Source: Mycoplasmatota bacterium (GTDB lineage Bacteria > Bacillota_I > Bacilli_A > Acholeplasmatales > Acholeplasmataceae). Taken from it: a DNA stretch of 64,000 bases. The notes beneath the pieces are model-generated. The model had not been told where the DNA came from. It searched no databases and worked only from the letters and a program-made list of their open reading frames with translations. The stretch covers positions 78,379 to 142,378 of the forward strand of contig JANKMU010000004.1 of assembly GCA_024650045.1 (NCBI GenBank). The letters are read 5' to 3'. Made by a program: the position numbers and the translations under genes. This document shows, piece by piece, positions 9,407 through 20,288 of the stretch (position 1 is its first letter; each line of letters begins with the position of its first letter).

Positions 9407-11479
9407 ATGCCTCGTGTATTCCCATTAGAAAAAACTCGTAATATTGGCATTATGGCCCATATTGATGCGGGTAAAACAACAACAACAGAAAGAATTTTAT
9501 ACCACACAGGAAAAATTCATAAAACTGGTGAAACGCATGATGGTGCTTCTCAAATGGACTGGATGGCTCAAGAGCAAGAACGCGGTATTACAATCACTTC
9601 AGCAGCAACTACTGCTTACTGGAATGAACACCGCATTAACATCATTGATACTCCAGGACATGTCGACTTCACGGTTGAAGTTTCAAGATCACTTCGTGTA
9701 TTAGATGGCGCTGTCGCTGTTCTTGATGCACAAGCAGGGGTTGAACCTCAAACTGAAACAGTTTGGAGACAAGCCACTGAATATAAAGTTCCAAGAATCG
9801 TTTATGTAAACAAAATGGATAAAATTGGCGCAGATTTCGCTCGTGCTATCAAGACCATGCATAATCGTTTAGGTGTTAAAGCATATGCAATTCAATGGCC
9901 AATCGGTGCTGAAGCAGATTTTAAAGGCATCATCGATATAATTGAAAAGAAAGCATACATCTATGATGGATCTGATGATGAAGCAAAGAAAGAAGTACCA
10001 ATCCCAGCACATTTAGTTGACATCGTTGAACAAAAAAGAAACGAATTGATTGAAGCAATCGCAGATTTTGATGAAGAAGTAATGATGCAGTATCTTGAAG
10101 GTGAGGAAGTAACAATTCCTCAAATCAAGAAAGCTATCCGTATTGGAACGCTAGCTGTTAAATTTTTCCCAGTTGTCTGTGGTACATCATTTAAAAACAA
10201 GGGTGTCAAGATGATGCTTGATGCAGTCGTTGACTACTTGCCAGCACCTACAGATGTTGCAGCAGTCATCGGACATAACAGTTATGGTGAAGAAGTTGTT
10301 CGTCATCCAAATGATAACGAACCATTTACTGCCTTAGCATTCAAAGTTATGACTGACCCATATGTAGGACGTTTGACATTCTTTAGAGTCTATTCAGGTA
10401 AAATTACTTCAGGCTCTTATGTATTAAACACAAATAAAAATAACAAAGAACGTTTTGGTCGTGTTCTTCAAATGCACGCAAATCACCGTGAAGAAATTAA
10501 AGAAGTCTATGCAGGTGATATTGCAGCAGTTGTTGGATTAAAAGATACAACGACAGGTGATACATTAACAGGAGAAAGAGATGACATTATTCTAGAAACA
10601 ATGATATTCCCAGAACCAGTTATTAACGTCGCTATCGAACCAAAAACAAAGCAAGATCAGGACAAGATGGGTATAGCACTTACAAAACTTGCTGAAGAAG
10701 ATCCAACATTTAGAACATTTACTGATCATGAAACGGGTCAAACAATTATCGCAGGTATGGGTGAACTTCACTTAGATATTATTGTCGATCGTATGAGAAG
10801 AGAATTTAAGGTAGAAGCAAATGTAGCTGAACCTCAAGTTTCTTATCGTGAAACATTAGCTGGAGAAGCTGATATCGAAGGAAAATTCGTTCGCCAATCT
10901 GGTGGTCGTGGTCAATATGGACACGTTCAAATTAAGTTTGAACCAAATCCTGGTAAAGGCTTTGAATTTGTTGATAAAATTGTTGGTGGTGTTATCCCAA
11001 GAGAATACATTCCAGCAGTTCAAAAAGGAATTGAAGAAGCACTTCCAAATGGTATCATCGCTGGTTATCCTGTAATTGATATTAAGGCAACTCTACATTA
11101 TGGTTCATACCATGATGTCGACTCATCAGAAATGGCATTTAAGATTGCTGCATCGATGGCACTTAAAGAAACAAAAAATAAGGCAAACCCTGTCTTATTA
11201 GAGCCTATTATGGACGTTGAAGTCGTTGCTCCAAATGATTATATTGGTAACGTTATTGGGGATTTAACATCTAGACGTGGTCGTCTTGAAAGTCAAGAAG
11301 GTCGTGATAACGCGGTTGTTATTCGTGCACTTGTGCCTTTAGCAGAAATGTTTGGATATGCGACATCACTTAGATCTAACACTCAAGGACGCGCAACATT
11401 CATCATGCAATTTTCAAGCTATGAACGTTGTCCAAAATCTATTATGGAAGAAATTATGAAAAAGCGTGGGACTAATTAA
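9407..11479 (+). CDS. fusA: Elongation factor G
   Basis: G-domain motifs [17 protein letters not shown] and NKMD, 690 aa, in str operon context. Confidence 0.97.
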   Translation: MPRVFPLEKTRNIGIMAHIDAGKTTTTERILYHTGKIHKTGETHDGASQMDWMAQEQERGITITSAATTAYWNEHRINIIDTPGHVDFTVEVSRSLRVLDGAVAVLDAQAGVEPQTETVWRQATEYKVPRIVYVNKMDKIGADFARAIKTMHNRLGVKAYAIQWPIGAEADFKGIIDIIEKKAYIYDGSDDEAKKEVPIPAHLVDIVEQKRNELIEAIADFDEEVMMQYLEGEEVTIPQIKKAIRIGTLAVKFFPVVCGTSFKNKGVKMMLDAVVDYLPAPTDVAAVIGHNSYGEEVVRHPNDNEPFTALAFKVMTDPYVGRLTFFRVYSGKITSGSYVLNTNKNNKERFGRVLQMHANHREEIKEVYAGDIAAVVGLKDTTTGDTLTGERDDIILETMIFPEPVINVAIEPKTKQDQDKMGIALTKLAEEDPTFRTFTDHETGQTIIAGMGELHLDIIVDRMRREFKVEANVAEPQVSYRETLAGEADIEGKFVRQSGGRGQYGHVQIKFEPNPGKGFEFVDKIVGGVIPREYIPAVQKGIEEALPNGIIAGYPVIDIKATLHYGSYHDVDSSEMAFKIAASMALKETKNKANPVLLEPIMDVEVVAPNDYIGNVIGDLTSRRGRLESQEGRDNAVVIRALVPLAEMFGYATSLRSNTQGRATFIMQFSSYERCPKSIMEEIMKKRGTN

Positions 11480-11484
11480 TCCGC

Positions 11485-11513
11485 TTGCAAAAATGTATAT
11501 TTTAATATACAAT
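11485..11513 (+). promoter_or_regulatory. Candidate internal promoter for tuf (TTGCAA-17-TACAAT)
   Basis: -35 at 11485..11490 and -10 at 11508..11513. A second extended -10 (TGGTAAAAT) lies at 11520..11528. Confidence 0.5.
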
Positions 11514-11581
11514 GAATTATGGTAAAATGAAAGTAATAAAAAAATAAAAAAAACAAATCTCATATAGGAGGAAATATTAAA

Positions 11582-12766
11582 ATGGCAAAACAAAAATTTG
11601 AAAGAACTAAACCACATGTTAACGTCGGTACAATCGGACACGTTGACCATGGTAAAACAACTTTAACAGCTGCAATCACAAGCTTATTTTCAAAACAAGG
11701 CTTAGCAGAAATTAAAGATTATGCATCTATTGATAGTGCACCAGAAGAAAAAGAACGCGGTATTACAATTAATACAGCACACGTTGAATATGCAACAACT
11801 AAACGTCACTATGCACACGTTGACTGCCCAGGACATGCTGACTATGTCAAGAACATGATTACTGGTGCTGCTCAAATGGATGGTGGTATTCTTGTTGTAT
11901 CAGCTGCTGATGGTCCTATGCCACAAACTCGTGAACATATTCTACTTGCTCGTCAAGTTGGGGTTCCTAAGTTAGTTGTATACATGAACAAAGCAGATAT
12001 GGTTGATGATGATGAATTACTAGATTTAGTTGAAATGGAAATTCGTGAATTATTATCAGAATACGGATTCCCAGGTGATGACATTCCTGTTATTCGTGGT
12101 TCAGCACTAGGTGCATTGAATGGCGAAGAAAAATGGGAAGCTACAGTTCAAGAATTAATGGATTATGTTGATAGCTATATCGATACTCCAGTTCGTGAAA
12201 CTGACAAGCCTTTCTTAATGCCAGTTGAAGACGTATTTACAATTACTGGTCGTGGTACAGTTGCTACAGGTCGTGTTGAACGCGGTCAAGTTAAGAGTGG
12301 TGACCAAGTAGAAATTATTGGTATTACTGACACTAAAACAACAGTTGTTACTGGTGTTGAAATGTTCAGAAAAATCTTAGACTATGCAGAAGCTGGAGAC
12401 AATATCGGTGCGTTACTACGTGGTATCAACCGTGATCAAGTTGAACGTGGTCAAGTATTAGCTAAACCAAAATCAGTGAACCCACACTTCAAGTTTGAAG
12501 CACAAGTTTACGTATTATCAAAAGAAGAAGGTGGACGTCATACTGCATTCTTCTCAAACTATCGCCCACAATTCTATTTCCGTACAACTGACATTACAGG
12601 TGTTATTACACTTCAAGAAGGTACAGAAATGGTTATGCCAGGTGACAACACAGTTATGAACGTTGAATTGATTCACCCAATCGCAATCGAAGAAGGAACT
12701 AAGTTCTCTATTCGTGAAGGTGGACGCACAGTTGGTGCAGGTTCAGTTGTTAAAATTGTTGAGTAA
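11582..12766 (+). CDS. tuf: Elongation factor Tu
   Basis: Motifs [17 protein letters not shown] and NKAD, 394 aa. A strong SD (AGGAGG) precedes it. Confidence 0.98.
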   Translation: MAKQKFERTKPHVNVGTIGHVDHGKTTLTAAITSLFSKQGLAEIKDYASIDSAPEEKERGITINTAHVEYATTKRHYAHVDCPGHADYVKNMITGAAQMDGGILVVSAADGPMPQTREHILLARQVGVPKLVVYMNKADMVDDDELLDLVEMEIRELLSEYGFPGDDIPVIRGSALGALNGEEKWEATVQELMDYVDSYIDTPVRETDKPFLMPVEDVFTITGRGTVATGRVERGQVKSGDQVEIIGITDTKTTVVTGVEMFRKILDYAEAGDNIGALLRGINRDQVERGQVLAKPKSVNPHFKFEAQVYVLSKEEGGRHTAFFSNYRPQFYFRTTDITGVITLQEGTEMVMPGDNTVMNVELIHPIAIEEGTKFSIREGGRTVGAGSVVKIVE

Positions 12767-12775
12767 TTAAAATTT

Positions 12776-12800
12776 AAGAGGCGAAAGCCTCTTTTTTTTT
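12776..12800 (+). terminator. Intrinsic terminator after tuf
   Basis: Stem AGAGGC/GCCTCT with loop GAAA, followed by T9. Confidence 0.85.
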
Positions 12801-12928
12801 GGAGTTAGTTCAAAGAATGTAATCTTTATATGTATTTAGAGTTTATTATAGAATAATGTTTTTAAAAACCATCATAAATGATGTTATTTTTTGTGAATGA
12901 GACTATTGACATAATTTTTTCTTTATAT

Positions 12929-12939
12929 TGTGATAAAAT
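12929..12939 (+). promoter_or_regulatory. Extended -10 promoter (TGTGATAAAAT) for the tatD operon
   Basis: TRTGnTAAAAT match 25 nt upstream of ATG 12964. A TTGACA hexamer at 12906..12911 sits at a non-optimal distance. Confidence 0.5.
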
Positions 12940-12963
12940 ATGATTAATTAAAGGTGATGAAAT

Positions 12964-13731
12964 ATGATTGTAGATACACATGCACATTTGAATACTGAAG
13001 AATACGTACATGACATTGATGAAGTACTAGTAGAAGCGCAAATTCATGGAGTTTATAAAGTCATTGTGATTGGGATGGATGAAGCATCTAATCGTAGAGC
13101 TATTGAACTCGCTAATGAACATGAAATGCTTTTTGCTACCGTTGGAGTTCATCCTGCATATGTTGATGAAACAACAACAACTCATCTTGAAGAATTACTT
13201 GAACAGGAAAAAGTTGTTGCTATCGGTGAATGCGGATTAGATTTACATTGGAAGCAAGATAACTTGAAAAAGCAAAAAGAAATTTTCATTCAGCAGATAG
13301 AACTTGCTGTAAAAACTAAACTGCCTCTTATAATTCATACAAGAGATTCATTTGAAGAAGCATACCAATGTCTGTTGCCTTACAAAGGTCAAGTAACTGG
13401 CGTATTTCATTGCTTTAGTTCGCATCTTGAAGATGCTAAAAGAGCTGTTGATCTTGGATTTTATATTGGTATAGATGGTCCAATCACTTTCAAGAAAGCT
13501 CATGATTTGGTTGATATAGTTAAAAATATAGACTTAAAACATATACTTGTAGAAACAGACTCACCATATTTATCTCCGATGCCATATCGAGGTAAAAGAA
13601 ATGAGCCAGCGTATACAAAACATGTGGTTAAAAAAATTGCTGAATTAAAGAAAATGACATATCGCGAAGTCAGTGATCAAACGACCATTAATGCACACAA
13701 ATTATTTAATCTAGGAGGATTAGAAACATGA
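12964..13731 (+). CDS. tatD: TatD-family metal-dependent hydrolase/DNase (YabD-like)
   Basis: IVDTHAHL start motif, GECGLD and ETDSPYL motifs, 255 aa. Confidence 0.9.
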   Translation: MIVDTHAHLNTEEYVHDIDEVLVEAQIHGVYKVIVIGMDEASNRRAIELANEHEMLFATVGVHPAYVDETTTTHLEELLEQEKVVAIGECGLDLHWKQDNLKKQKEIFIQQIELAVKTKLPLIIHTRDSFEEAYQCLLPYKGQVTGVFHCFSSHLEDAKRAVDLGFYIGIDGPITFKKAHDLVDIVKNIDLKHILVETDSPYLSPMPYRGKRNEPAYTKHVVKKIAELKKMTYREVSDQTTINAHKLFNLGGLET

Positions 13732-14804
13732 GAAAAAGATTGTTAACTTTATTTCTTATTATATTTTCAGTTTTGTTACTAACTGGTTGTACCCTATCTT
13801 TAAGAGCTGAAGTACCTTATCAGTCACCAACACCTTATGAACAATTAAGAATTGATATGATTGCAACTGTTGAACCTTCGGTTGTTGTTGTTAAAACTGA
13901 AACTGGACATGGTTCTGGTATTATATATAAAAGTGAGCCTGTTCAAGGAACTAGTTTAACTCGTTATTATGTCATGACCAACTATCACGTAGTTGAAGAT
14001 GGTGGTGAAATGACAATTCATTTTGGTAAAGATAAAGTCGATATTCCTGTTAAAGATTACGCAGGATATAAGCTTTACGATATCGCAGTTGTTCGTATTG
14101 AAACAGAACGCCAGTTAAGAGCTCATCCTGTATCACCAATCAATGATAATACAGTGACTGAAATTATAAAAGGTCAAGATGTATATGCGATTGGAACACC
14201 ACAAGAAATTGACAAATTTAATTATGTAACACAAGGAATTGTCAGCATGACTTCTTATCCGTATAATGGTGTTACCGGTTTAGCAATTATGCATGATGCA
14301 GAACTTAATCCCGGAAATAGTGGGGGACCTTTGTTTAACTTAAACGGTGATTTAATAGGAATCAATGTTGCTAAAGTTGCGAACGTATCATCAAAGGATG
14401 GAACGATGGCTGCTGAAGGCTTGAATTATTCATTAAGTATTAACAAAATTGCGCCAACAATACGTAGTTTTACTGAAAGTAGTTATACTGCTGTTGTACG
14501 TAGACCAAGACTTGGTATCACAGTACAAGAAGTTAGTGTTTTCTTAGAAGAAAATGATGCATCATTGTTACCTCCAAATCCAGTAGGTGTAGTTGTTATT
14601 GATTTCGACTTAACTAGAAATGCTTACGAAGTTTTGGAAGAATTTGATTTGATTATTGAAATGAACGGAACCGCTATAACTTCGATTGCAGATATTGCTG
14701 CACAGCTTGAAGGTGCAGAGTTTGGTGATCCACATGTTATAAAAGTGATGCGAAATGTTGACGGATCATTTGTAGAAGTTACGGTAACTATTGAACTATC
14801 ATGA
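13728..14804 (+). CDS. Lipoprotein trypsin-like serine protease with a PDZ-like C-terminus (HtrA/DegP-like)
   Basis: Lipobox LLLTGC. Catalytic context TNYHVV ... D ... GNSGGPLFN. ATGA overlap with tatD. Confidence 0.8.
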   Translation: MRKRLLTLFLIIFSVLLLTGCTLSLRAEVPYQSPTPYEQLRIDMIATVEPSVVVVKTETGHGSGIIYKSEPVQGTSLTRYYVMTNYHVVEDGGEMTIHFGKDKVDIPVKDYAGYKLYDIAVVRIETERQLRAHPVSPINDNTVTEIIKGQDVYAIGTPQEIDKFNYVTQGIVSMTSYPYNGVTGLAIMHDAELNPGNSGGPLFNLNGDLIGINVAKVANVSSKDGTMAAEGLNYSLSINKIAPTIRSFTESSYTAVVRRPRLGITVQEVSVFLEENDASLLPPNPVGVVVIDFDLTRNAYEVLEEFDLIIEMNGTAITSIADIAAQLEGAEFGDPHVIKVMRNVDGSFVEVTVTIELS

Positions 14805-15262
14805 GTTCAAAAAAATTATTTAAAAAACTTGTTGAAAAAGGCTTAACTATAGCATTTGCTGAAAGTATGACTGGTGGTAGAGTAACCTTTGATTTGATAA
14901 AAAATCCAGGCTCATCTAAAGTTATTCAAGGTAGTATTATTGCATATAGTAATGAGCAAAAACATAAGTTATTAAATGTCAATTTGGACACAATAATAAC
15001 TCACGCAAGTGTTAGTAAAGAAGTTGCAGCTGAAATGGCAATCAATATAAAAAATATTATGAAATCATCAATTGGTGTAGGAATTACCGGTAATGCTGGT
15101 CCTTCACTTCAAAATGACACATATAAGAAAGAAGTGTTCGTTGCGATTGCAACCAACACTGGTATTGAGTCATATCATTTAGATTTAAACAGTTATACCA
15201 GACTTAAATCAATTCAAAAGACCAATCATTTTATCTATGAAAAACTTAATCAACTCTTATAA
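14801..15262 (+). CDS. CinA C-terminal-domain protein / nicotinamide-nucleotide amidohydrolase PncC-like
   Basis: AFAESMTGG motif and about 150 aa, typical of a stand-alone CinA-CTD. ATGA overlap with the upstream gene. Confidence 0.8.
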   Translation: MSSKKLFKKLVEKGLTIAFAESMTGGRVTFDLIKNPGSSKVIQGSIIAYSNEQKHKLLNVNLDTIITHASVSKEVAAEMAINIKNIMKSSIGVGITGNAGPSLQNDTYKKEVFVAIATNTGIESYHLDLNSYTRLKSIQKTNHFIYEKLNQLL

Positions 15263-15302
15263 ATAAAACAAGTTAAAAAGCGTTGTATAATCATATTATA
15301 TA

Positions 15303-15311
15303 TGATATAAT
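15303..15311 (+). promoter_or_regulatory. Extended -10 promoter (TGATATAAT) for rpsF-ssb-rpsR
   Basis: Exact TGnTATAAT about 60 nt upstream of rpsF ATG 15372. Confidence 0.55.
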
Positions 15312-15371
15312 GATTTGGCATAAGATAATCCTTGTCTTATAAAGACCATAGACCAAAAGGAGGTGGAACAG

Positions 15372-15659
15372 ATGAAAAAATACGAAGTAATGTATATCAT
15401 CCGTCCAACTGTTGAAAGCGAGAACATTAAACAAATTGTGAATAACTTTAACGATATATTCGTTAATTACAATAGCCAAGTTCTAGAGCTCAAAGAGTTG
15501 GGGCTAAAAGATTTAGCATACGAGATTGAGCATCACAAAAAAGGCTATTATGTTTGGTTACTAGTTCAAGCAACTCCAGAAGCAATTGCTGAATTTAACC
15601 GTGTTGTTAGAATTACTGAACAAGTAATTCGATTTATTGTTGTAAAGGAAGGCGAATAG
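15372..15659 (+). CDS. rpsF: 30S ribosomal protein S6
   Basis: [13 protein letters not shown]-terminus. The start is moved to ATG 15372, which is 9 nt after GGAGG; track start GTG 15363 abuts the SD. Confidence 0.95.
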   Translation: MKKYEVMYIIRPTVESENIKQIVNNFNDIFVNYNSQVLELKELGLKDLAYEIEHHKKGYYVWLLVQATPEAIAEFNRVVRITEQVIRFIVVKEGE

Positions 15660-15660
15660 T

Positions 15661-16086
15661 ATGATCAATAGAGTCATTCTGGTCGGTAGAATTACCAAGG
15701 ACCCAGAGATGAAATCTACACAATCAAATATTGCTGTCGTAAGCTTTACACTTGCGGTCAACCGTCAATTTACTGATCAATCAGGAGAAAGACAAGCTGA
15801 CTTTATACAATGCGTCGTTTGGCGCAAACAAGCAGAAAATTTAGCACGCTATGTAAAAAAAGGTGCACTTTTAGGTGTCGAAGGACGCATTCAAACGAGA
15901 ACGTATGAAGCTGATAACGGCACACGTTATGTTACTGAAGTTGTATGTGATACCATCCAATTTTTGGAAAGTAAAGGCGACACAGAGGATGAACCAATTA
16001 GTAACGTAGAAGACAACACTGCAGATAACGATGAGTTTTATGAAACAAGTAAACAACTCGCTGCAGAAGAAGATTTACCATTTTAA
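15661..16086 (+). CDS. ssb: Single-stranded DNA-binding protein
   Basis: [18 protein letters not shown]-fold N-terminus and an acidic C-terminal tail ending EEDLPF. Confidence 0.95.
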   Translation: MINRVILVGRITKDPEMKSTQSNIAVVSFTLAVNRQFTDQSGERQADFIQCVVWRKQAENLARYVKKGALLGVEGRIQTRTYEADNGTRYVTEVVCDTIQFLESKGDTEDEPISNVEDNTADNDEFYETSKQLAAEEDLPF

Positions 16087-16101
16087 GGAGGAGAAAACAG
16101 T

Positions 16102-16341
16102 ATGCAATATAATAGACGTGGTGGCGGTTTTAAGAAGCGCCGTAAAGTATGTTATTTTACACAAAACAAAGTGGAACACATTGATTTTAAAGATGTTGAG
16201 CTATTAAAGCGTTTCATTACCGATCGTGGGAAGATTTTACCAAGACGTGTAACAGGAACATCAGCAAAATGGCAACGTCCACTTGCAGTCGCTATCAAAA
16301 GAGCACGCCATATGGCATTGTTACCATTTGTTAAAGACTAA
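16102..16341 (+). CDS. rpsR: 30S ribosomal protein S18
   Basis: 79 aa, [17 protein letters not shown] motif, rpsF-ssb-rpsR context. Confidence 0.95.
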   Translation: MQYNRRGGGFKKRRKVCYFTQNKVEHIDFKDVELLKRFITDRGKILPRRVTGTSAKWQRPLAVAIKRARHMALLPFVKD

Positions 16342-16354
16342 AAACATAAAAATC

Positions 16355-16383
16355 AAAGCCCACATCAGTTGATGTGGGTTTTT
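16355..16383 (+). terminator. Intrinsic terminator after rpsR
   Basis: Stem AAAGCCCACATC/GATGTGGGTTT with loop AGTT and a T-run. Confidence 0.85.
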
Positions 16384-16484
16384 AATTTATATTAAAACTT
16401 ATTGTGGTATCAATTTAATCAACTTTAAAGATTACTATCTTTATATTGATATCGTATCGTGATATAATATCTTTAAAGTGGGTG

Positions 16485-18926
16485 ATGCTGTTGAAGCGTT
16501 GGATTTTAATTATTACTGCGCTTGTTGTTTTCTTAATCAGCGTGTATTTGTATGTACCCTATTTTAATTTTCAAACAGGCGGACAATTAGTCGCATTTTT
16601 CCTATTATTAGGTAGTATCATTTTTGTTTTCTTTGCAGTATATGTTAATTTAAACTTTCAATCAAGACAAAAAGTTAAAACACTTCAAAATCGACTTTCA
16701 ATGTGGACGAAGTTATCGTATCATGTGAATCAGGTTGGTGATGAAGTTTTTAATGAGTTGCCTATTGGTATTATTGCTCTTGATGAAGATTTTGAAATTA
16801 AATGGGCAAATCCGCATGCTAAAACTATTTTTGATGCAAAGATTATGGGAAAACCATTAAAAGATGTACATCCACAGCTTCATTTGGCTGCGATGAATAA
16901 TAAAATACAATTTTCAATTCAAGTGAAAAACGATAGTTATGATGTGACTTATAGATCAGAGTTTAAGTTCTTTTATATTTTTAATACAACCGAAAGAGAA
17001 GTTGTTAAACAAAAATATCACGATCAAATACCAGCTTTAGGTATTATCTTTTTAGATAATTTGGATGAAGCATTGGGGTCAATGGATGTATCTGAACAAT
17101 CTGCTTTAAAAGGTGAGTATTTAGCAGCTTTAGCAGATTGGGCAAATAAATATGATGGATTTCTTAAACCATATGGTGATGAACGTTTAATCGTTGTTGT
17201 TTCTAGAAAACAATTAAATTTAATGATTCAAGATAAGTTTGATATCTTAGATAAAATTAGATCAATATCCACTCGAACGCAAGTTAGGGTTAGTATTTCT
17301 ATGGGTATAGCTTCATGGGATGTAAATTATGAAGAACTTGGAATATATGCTCAAAACGCAGTTGAACTTGCTGAAAAACGTGGTGGAGATCAAGTCGTTG
17401 TAAATATTCAAGACCAAAAGATTGTTTATTTCGGAGCAAAAAATGATGCATCTGCAAAAAGTTCACGCGTTGGCGTTAGAATTAATGCACAAACAATCAA
17501 GGATTTTATTGATAAGTCTGAAAATGTACTTATTATGGGACATAATCAAGCTGACCTAGATGCATTTGGGTCAATGATTGCAGTTTATCATATGGCAAAA
17601 GCAAGCAAGAAAACAGCATACATGATTATTGATGAATCCAAATTAGACAACACTGTTAGTAAGGTTCTAGATATTGTAAATAAAGAAATGCCAATATTTA
17701 AAGATTACTATGCTTCACCTGCTCAAGCAGAGAAAATGATTACGGAAAACACTTTATTATTTGTTGTAGATTCACAATCACCAAAGATTGTTATGAATCC
17801 GGAAATATTAGAAAAAATTAAACGTCTTATTGTTATTGATCATCATCGTGTTGGTGAAGATAGTTTTAATTCAGTTTTCTCATTCATAGAACCATATGCA
17901 TCATCTACAATTGAATTGATGATGGAACTATTGAGTTTTTATAACCTTGGAGAAGAGGTGAAAATTTCTCCTCTTGAAGCAACCGTTATGTATGGTGGCT
18001 TAATTGTAGATACGAATAATTTTTCATATCGTACAGGTTCTAGAACTTTTGAGGTTGCATCCAAATTAAAAGATTTAGGTGCTGATATTACAGTTGTTAA
18101 ATTATGGTTAAGACGTGATTTAATGAGAACACTAGAGATTAATAAATTACTTGGACAAGTCGAAGTTTACTTAGAGAAGTTTGCATTTGTTGTCACTAAA
18201 GATATATATGAAGATCGTATTTTACTAGCACAAGTTGCTGAAGCAGCTTTACAAATCAATGGCATAGATGCTGCTTTTATGATAGCTCGAATGGATAAAG
18301 ATACCGTTGGAGTATCAGGACGATCATACCAAAATGTTAATGTACAAATCCTTATGGAAGCATTTGGTGGTGGGGGCCATTTAAACAGTGCTGCTGCACA
18401 AATTGAAAATAAATCGGTTCAAGAAGTTTATGACCAATTAAAAAATTATATTGAATTAGAATACGGTGGAGGAGGAGAACGCGTGAAAGTTATATTATTA
18501 GAGGATGTTAAAGGAAAAGGTAAAAAGGATGAAGTTATTGATGTTGCTTCAGGTTTTGGACAATTCCTTGTCACACAAAAGAAAGCATTATTAGCAACAG
18601 AAGAAAATCTTTCAACACTTAACAAAGCGAAGGAAGAAGCTTTACAAGAAACGCAAAGACATATCGATTTTATGAAAAAATTAAAAGCAGAGATCGACAA
18701 TAAAAAAATTACTTTGGGTATTCAAATTGGACAAGATGGAAAATTATTTGGTGCTGTAACAACAAAACAAATTGTTGAAGAATTTGAAAAAGAAAATGGT
18801 ATACTGATTGATAAGAAGAAAGTTGAACTATCAAGTGATATCAACTCTGTTGGAATCTATACTGCAACAGTGAATTTGCATAAGGATATCAAGGCTCAAT
18901 TTGAAGTACATATTGTTGAAAAGTAG
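16485..18926 (+). CDS. gdpP: GdpP-type c-di-AMP phosphodiesterase (2 TM + PAS-like + degenerate GGDEF + DHH/DHHA1), reading in frame into ribosomal protein L9 with no stop codon
   Basis: Two N-terminal TM helices, DHH motifs (IMGHNQADLDAFGS, VIDHHR) and DHHA1 GGGGH. The ORF continues ...YIELEYGGGGE-R-VKVILLEDVKGKGKK (L9) without a stop. The probable start is ATG 16485, because an extended -10 TGATATAAT sits at 16460..16468 inside the track ORF. Confidence 0.8.
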   Translation: MLLKRWILIITALVVFLISVYLYVPYFNFQTGGQLVAFFLLLGSIIFVFFAVYVNLNFQSRQKVKTLQNRLSMWTKLSYHVNQVGDEVFNELPIGIIALDEDFEIKWANPHAKTIFDAKIMGKPLKDVHPQLHLAAMNNKIQFSIQVKNDSYDVTYRSEFKFFYIFNTTEREVVKQKYHDQIPALGIIFLDNLDEALGSMDVSEQSALKGEYLAALADWANKYDGFLKPYGDERLIVVVSRKQLNLMIQDKFDILDKIRSISTRTQVRVSISMGIASWDVNYEELGIYAQNAVELAEKRGGDQVVVNIQDQKIVYFGAKNDASAKSSRVGVRINAQTIKDFIDKSENVLIMGHNQADLDAFGSMIAVYHMAKASKKTAYMIIDESKLDNTVSKVLDIVNKEMPIFKDYYASPAQAEKMITENTLLFVVDSQSPKIVMNPEILEKIKRLIVIDHHRVGEDSFNSVFSFIEPYASSTIELMMELLSFYNLGEEVKISPLEATVMYGGLIVDTNNFSYRTGSRTFEVASKLKDLGADITVVKLWLRRDLMRTLEINKLLGQVEVYLEKFAFVVTKDIYEDRILLAQVAEAALQINGIDAAFMIARMDKDTVGVSGRSYQNVNVQILMEAFGGGGHLNSAAAQIENKSVQEVYDQLKNYIELEYGGGGERVKVILLEDVKGKGKKDEVIDVASGFGQFLVTQKKALLATEENLSTLNKAKEEALQETQRHIDFMKKLKAEIDNKKITLGIQIGQDGKLFGAVTTKQIVEEFEKENGILIDKKKVELSSDINSVGIYTATVNLHKDIKAQFEVHIVEK
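18483..18926 (+). CDS. rplI: 50S ribosomal protein L9, nested independent start inside the gdpP reading frame
   Basis: GTG 18483 is preceded by GGAGGAGGAG (18470..18479) at a 3-nt spacing. The product VKVILLEDVKGKGKKDEVIDVASGF... (147 aa) is a full-length L9. The gdpP-rplI-dnaB order matches Bacillus. Confidence 0.8.
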   Translation: MKVILLEDVKGKGKKDEVIDVASGFGQFLVTQKKALLATEENLSTLNKAKEEALQETQRHIDFMKKLKAEIDNKKITLGIQIGQDGKLFGAVTTKQIVEEFEKENGILIDKKKVELSSDINSVGIYTATVNLHKDIKAQFEVHIVEK

Positions 18927-18935
18927 GGGTATATT

Positions 18936-20288
18936 ATGGCAAAAAGTTTACCGCATCACCACGAGGCTGAACAATCCGTATTAGGAACTATATTTTTAGA
19001 TCCTAAAGAAATTGTTTCAGTTGTCGATCAATTGAATAATGAAGATTTCTTTGATCAAAGCCACGCTTTAATCTATCAAGCAATGAAAGATTTGCATATT
19101 GATAATCAAAAAATAGATTACACTTCAGTAGCATCAAGATTGGAACAATCTCAAAATCTTGCAAAAGCTGGAGGGATGAAGTATCTTTTGGCTTTATCTG
19201 AAGCAGTACCATCAACTGCACATCTTGAAACATATATTGATTTGGTTAAGGATGGTTCTGTAAAAAGACAGGTTATTCATTTGGCAGGTCAAATCCTTGA
19301 AAGTGGTTATCAAGGTGAGATGGATGCTGGTGACTATTTGACAATGGCTGAAGAAAGTATTTTTGCGCTTGCTCAAAAAAGAAAAACATCTGCATTTGCA
19401 CAATTAGCAGATGTTATTAGAGAAGTTAAAGAAAAGACAGAGAAAAATAGAGATAAAAAAGGTGGAATTACAGGCCTTAGAACTGGTTTTTCAAATCTTG
19501 ATTCTCTAACATCGGGTCTCCAACCAGAAGAATTAATTATTTTAGCAGCACGTCCATCAATGGGTAAATCTGCGATGGCAATGAACTTAGCGATCAACGT
19601 TGCCAAAAGAAATAAAGATGGTCAAGCAGGTGTTGCAATTTTCTCTCTTGAAATGAGTAATGAGCAACTTGCTGCTCGTATGTTGAGTTCTGAATCAAAT
19701 ATTGAAAATACGAAAATCAAAACTGGGCATTTAACATCAAGAGAATGGCAATTTTTGGAAGGTGGTATGCAATCACTTTCTAAGCTAAATATTTCGTTTG
19801 ATGATTCATCAGCTGTTACAGTTGCTGAAATTCGTGCTAAATGTCGTAAGTTAAGTCAAGAAGGCAAACTTGATTTCGTTGTTATTGACTACTTACAATT
19901 AATTAAAGGTGACGACCGTTCAGGTAACCGACAAGAAGAAGTTGCTAAAATTTCAAGAAGTTTGAAACAAATGGCAAGAGAATTAAAAATTCCAATTCTT
20001 GCGTTATCACAATTATCGCGTGAAGTTGAAAAAAGAGAAGATAAACGTCCAGTACTTGCGGATCTTAGAGAATCGGGATCTATTGAACAAGATGCAGATA
20101 TCGTTATGTTCTTATATAGAAATGATTATTATGTTCATAATCCAGAAAATAAAACAGGTGAAGTTGAACTTTCAATAGCAAAAAACCGCCAAGGTATGGC
20201 AGGCATTCGCTTAGGATTTAGATTTGATACTGAGTTTAGTAGATTTACTGCTCAAACAGATCGTGAAGAAGAAGCTTATAAAGATTAA
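18936..20288 (+). CDS. dnaB: Replicative DNA helicase (DnaB family; DnaC in B. subtilis nomenclature)
   Basis: N-terminal PHHHEAEQSVLG motif and Walker A ARPSMGKSA, 450 aa. Confidence 0.95.
   Translation: MAKSLPHHHEAEQSVLGTIFLDPKEIVSVVDQLNNEDFFDQSHALIYQAMKDLHIDNQKIDYTSVASRLEQSQNLAKAGGMKYLLALSEAVPSTAHLETYIDLVKDGSVKRQVIHLAGQILESGYQGEMDAGDYLTMAEESIFALAQKRKTSAFAQLADVIREVKEKTEKNRDKKGGITGLRTGFSNLDSLTSGLQPEELIILAARPSMGKSAMAMNLAINVAKRNKDGQAGVAIFSLEMSNEQLAARMLSSESNIENTKIKTGHLTSREWQFLEGGMQSLSKLNISFDDSSAVTVAEIRAKCRKLSQEGKLDFVVIDYLQLIKGDDRSGNRQEEVAKISRSLKQMARELKIPILALSQLSREVEKREDKRPVLADLRESGSIEQDADIVMFLYRNDYYVHNPENKTGEVELSIAKNRQGMAGIRLGFRFDTEFSRFTAQTDREEEAYKD

Noticed and set aside
9444-9704. 86-aa ORF in an alternative plus frame within fusA; similar cases are 25830..26051 in typA and 34321..34503 in atpD
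   Set aside because: These are out-of-frame overlaps inside strongly conserved GTPase/ATPase genes. They have no SD and no recognisable motif.
11414-11650. 78-aa minus-strand ORF across the fusA-tuf intergenic region
   Set aside because: It is antisense to the tuf promoter, SD and first codons, and encodes Phe/Ile-rich low-complexity sequence.
12866-12892. Small hairpin (CATCA-TAAA-TGATG plus T-run) in the tuf-tatD spacer as a second terminator
   Set aside because: The stem is only 5 bp and AT-rich, and the strong tuf terminator is already 70 nt upstream. It is probably chance.
12906-12911. TTGACA hexamer upstream of tatD as a -35 element
   Set aside because: Its spacing to the nearest acceptable -10 hexamers is 12 or 22 nt. 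The TGTGATAAAAT extended -10 does not require it.
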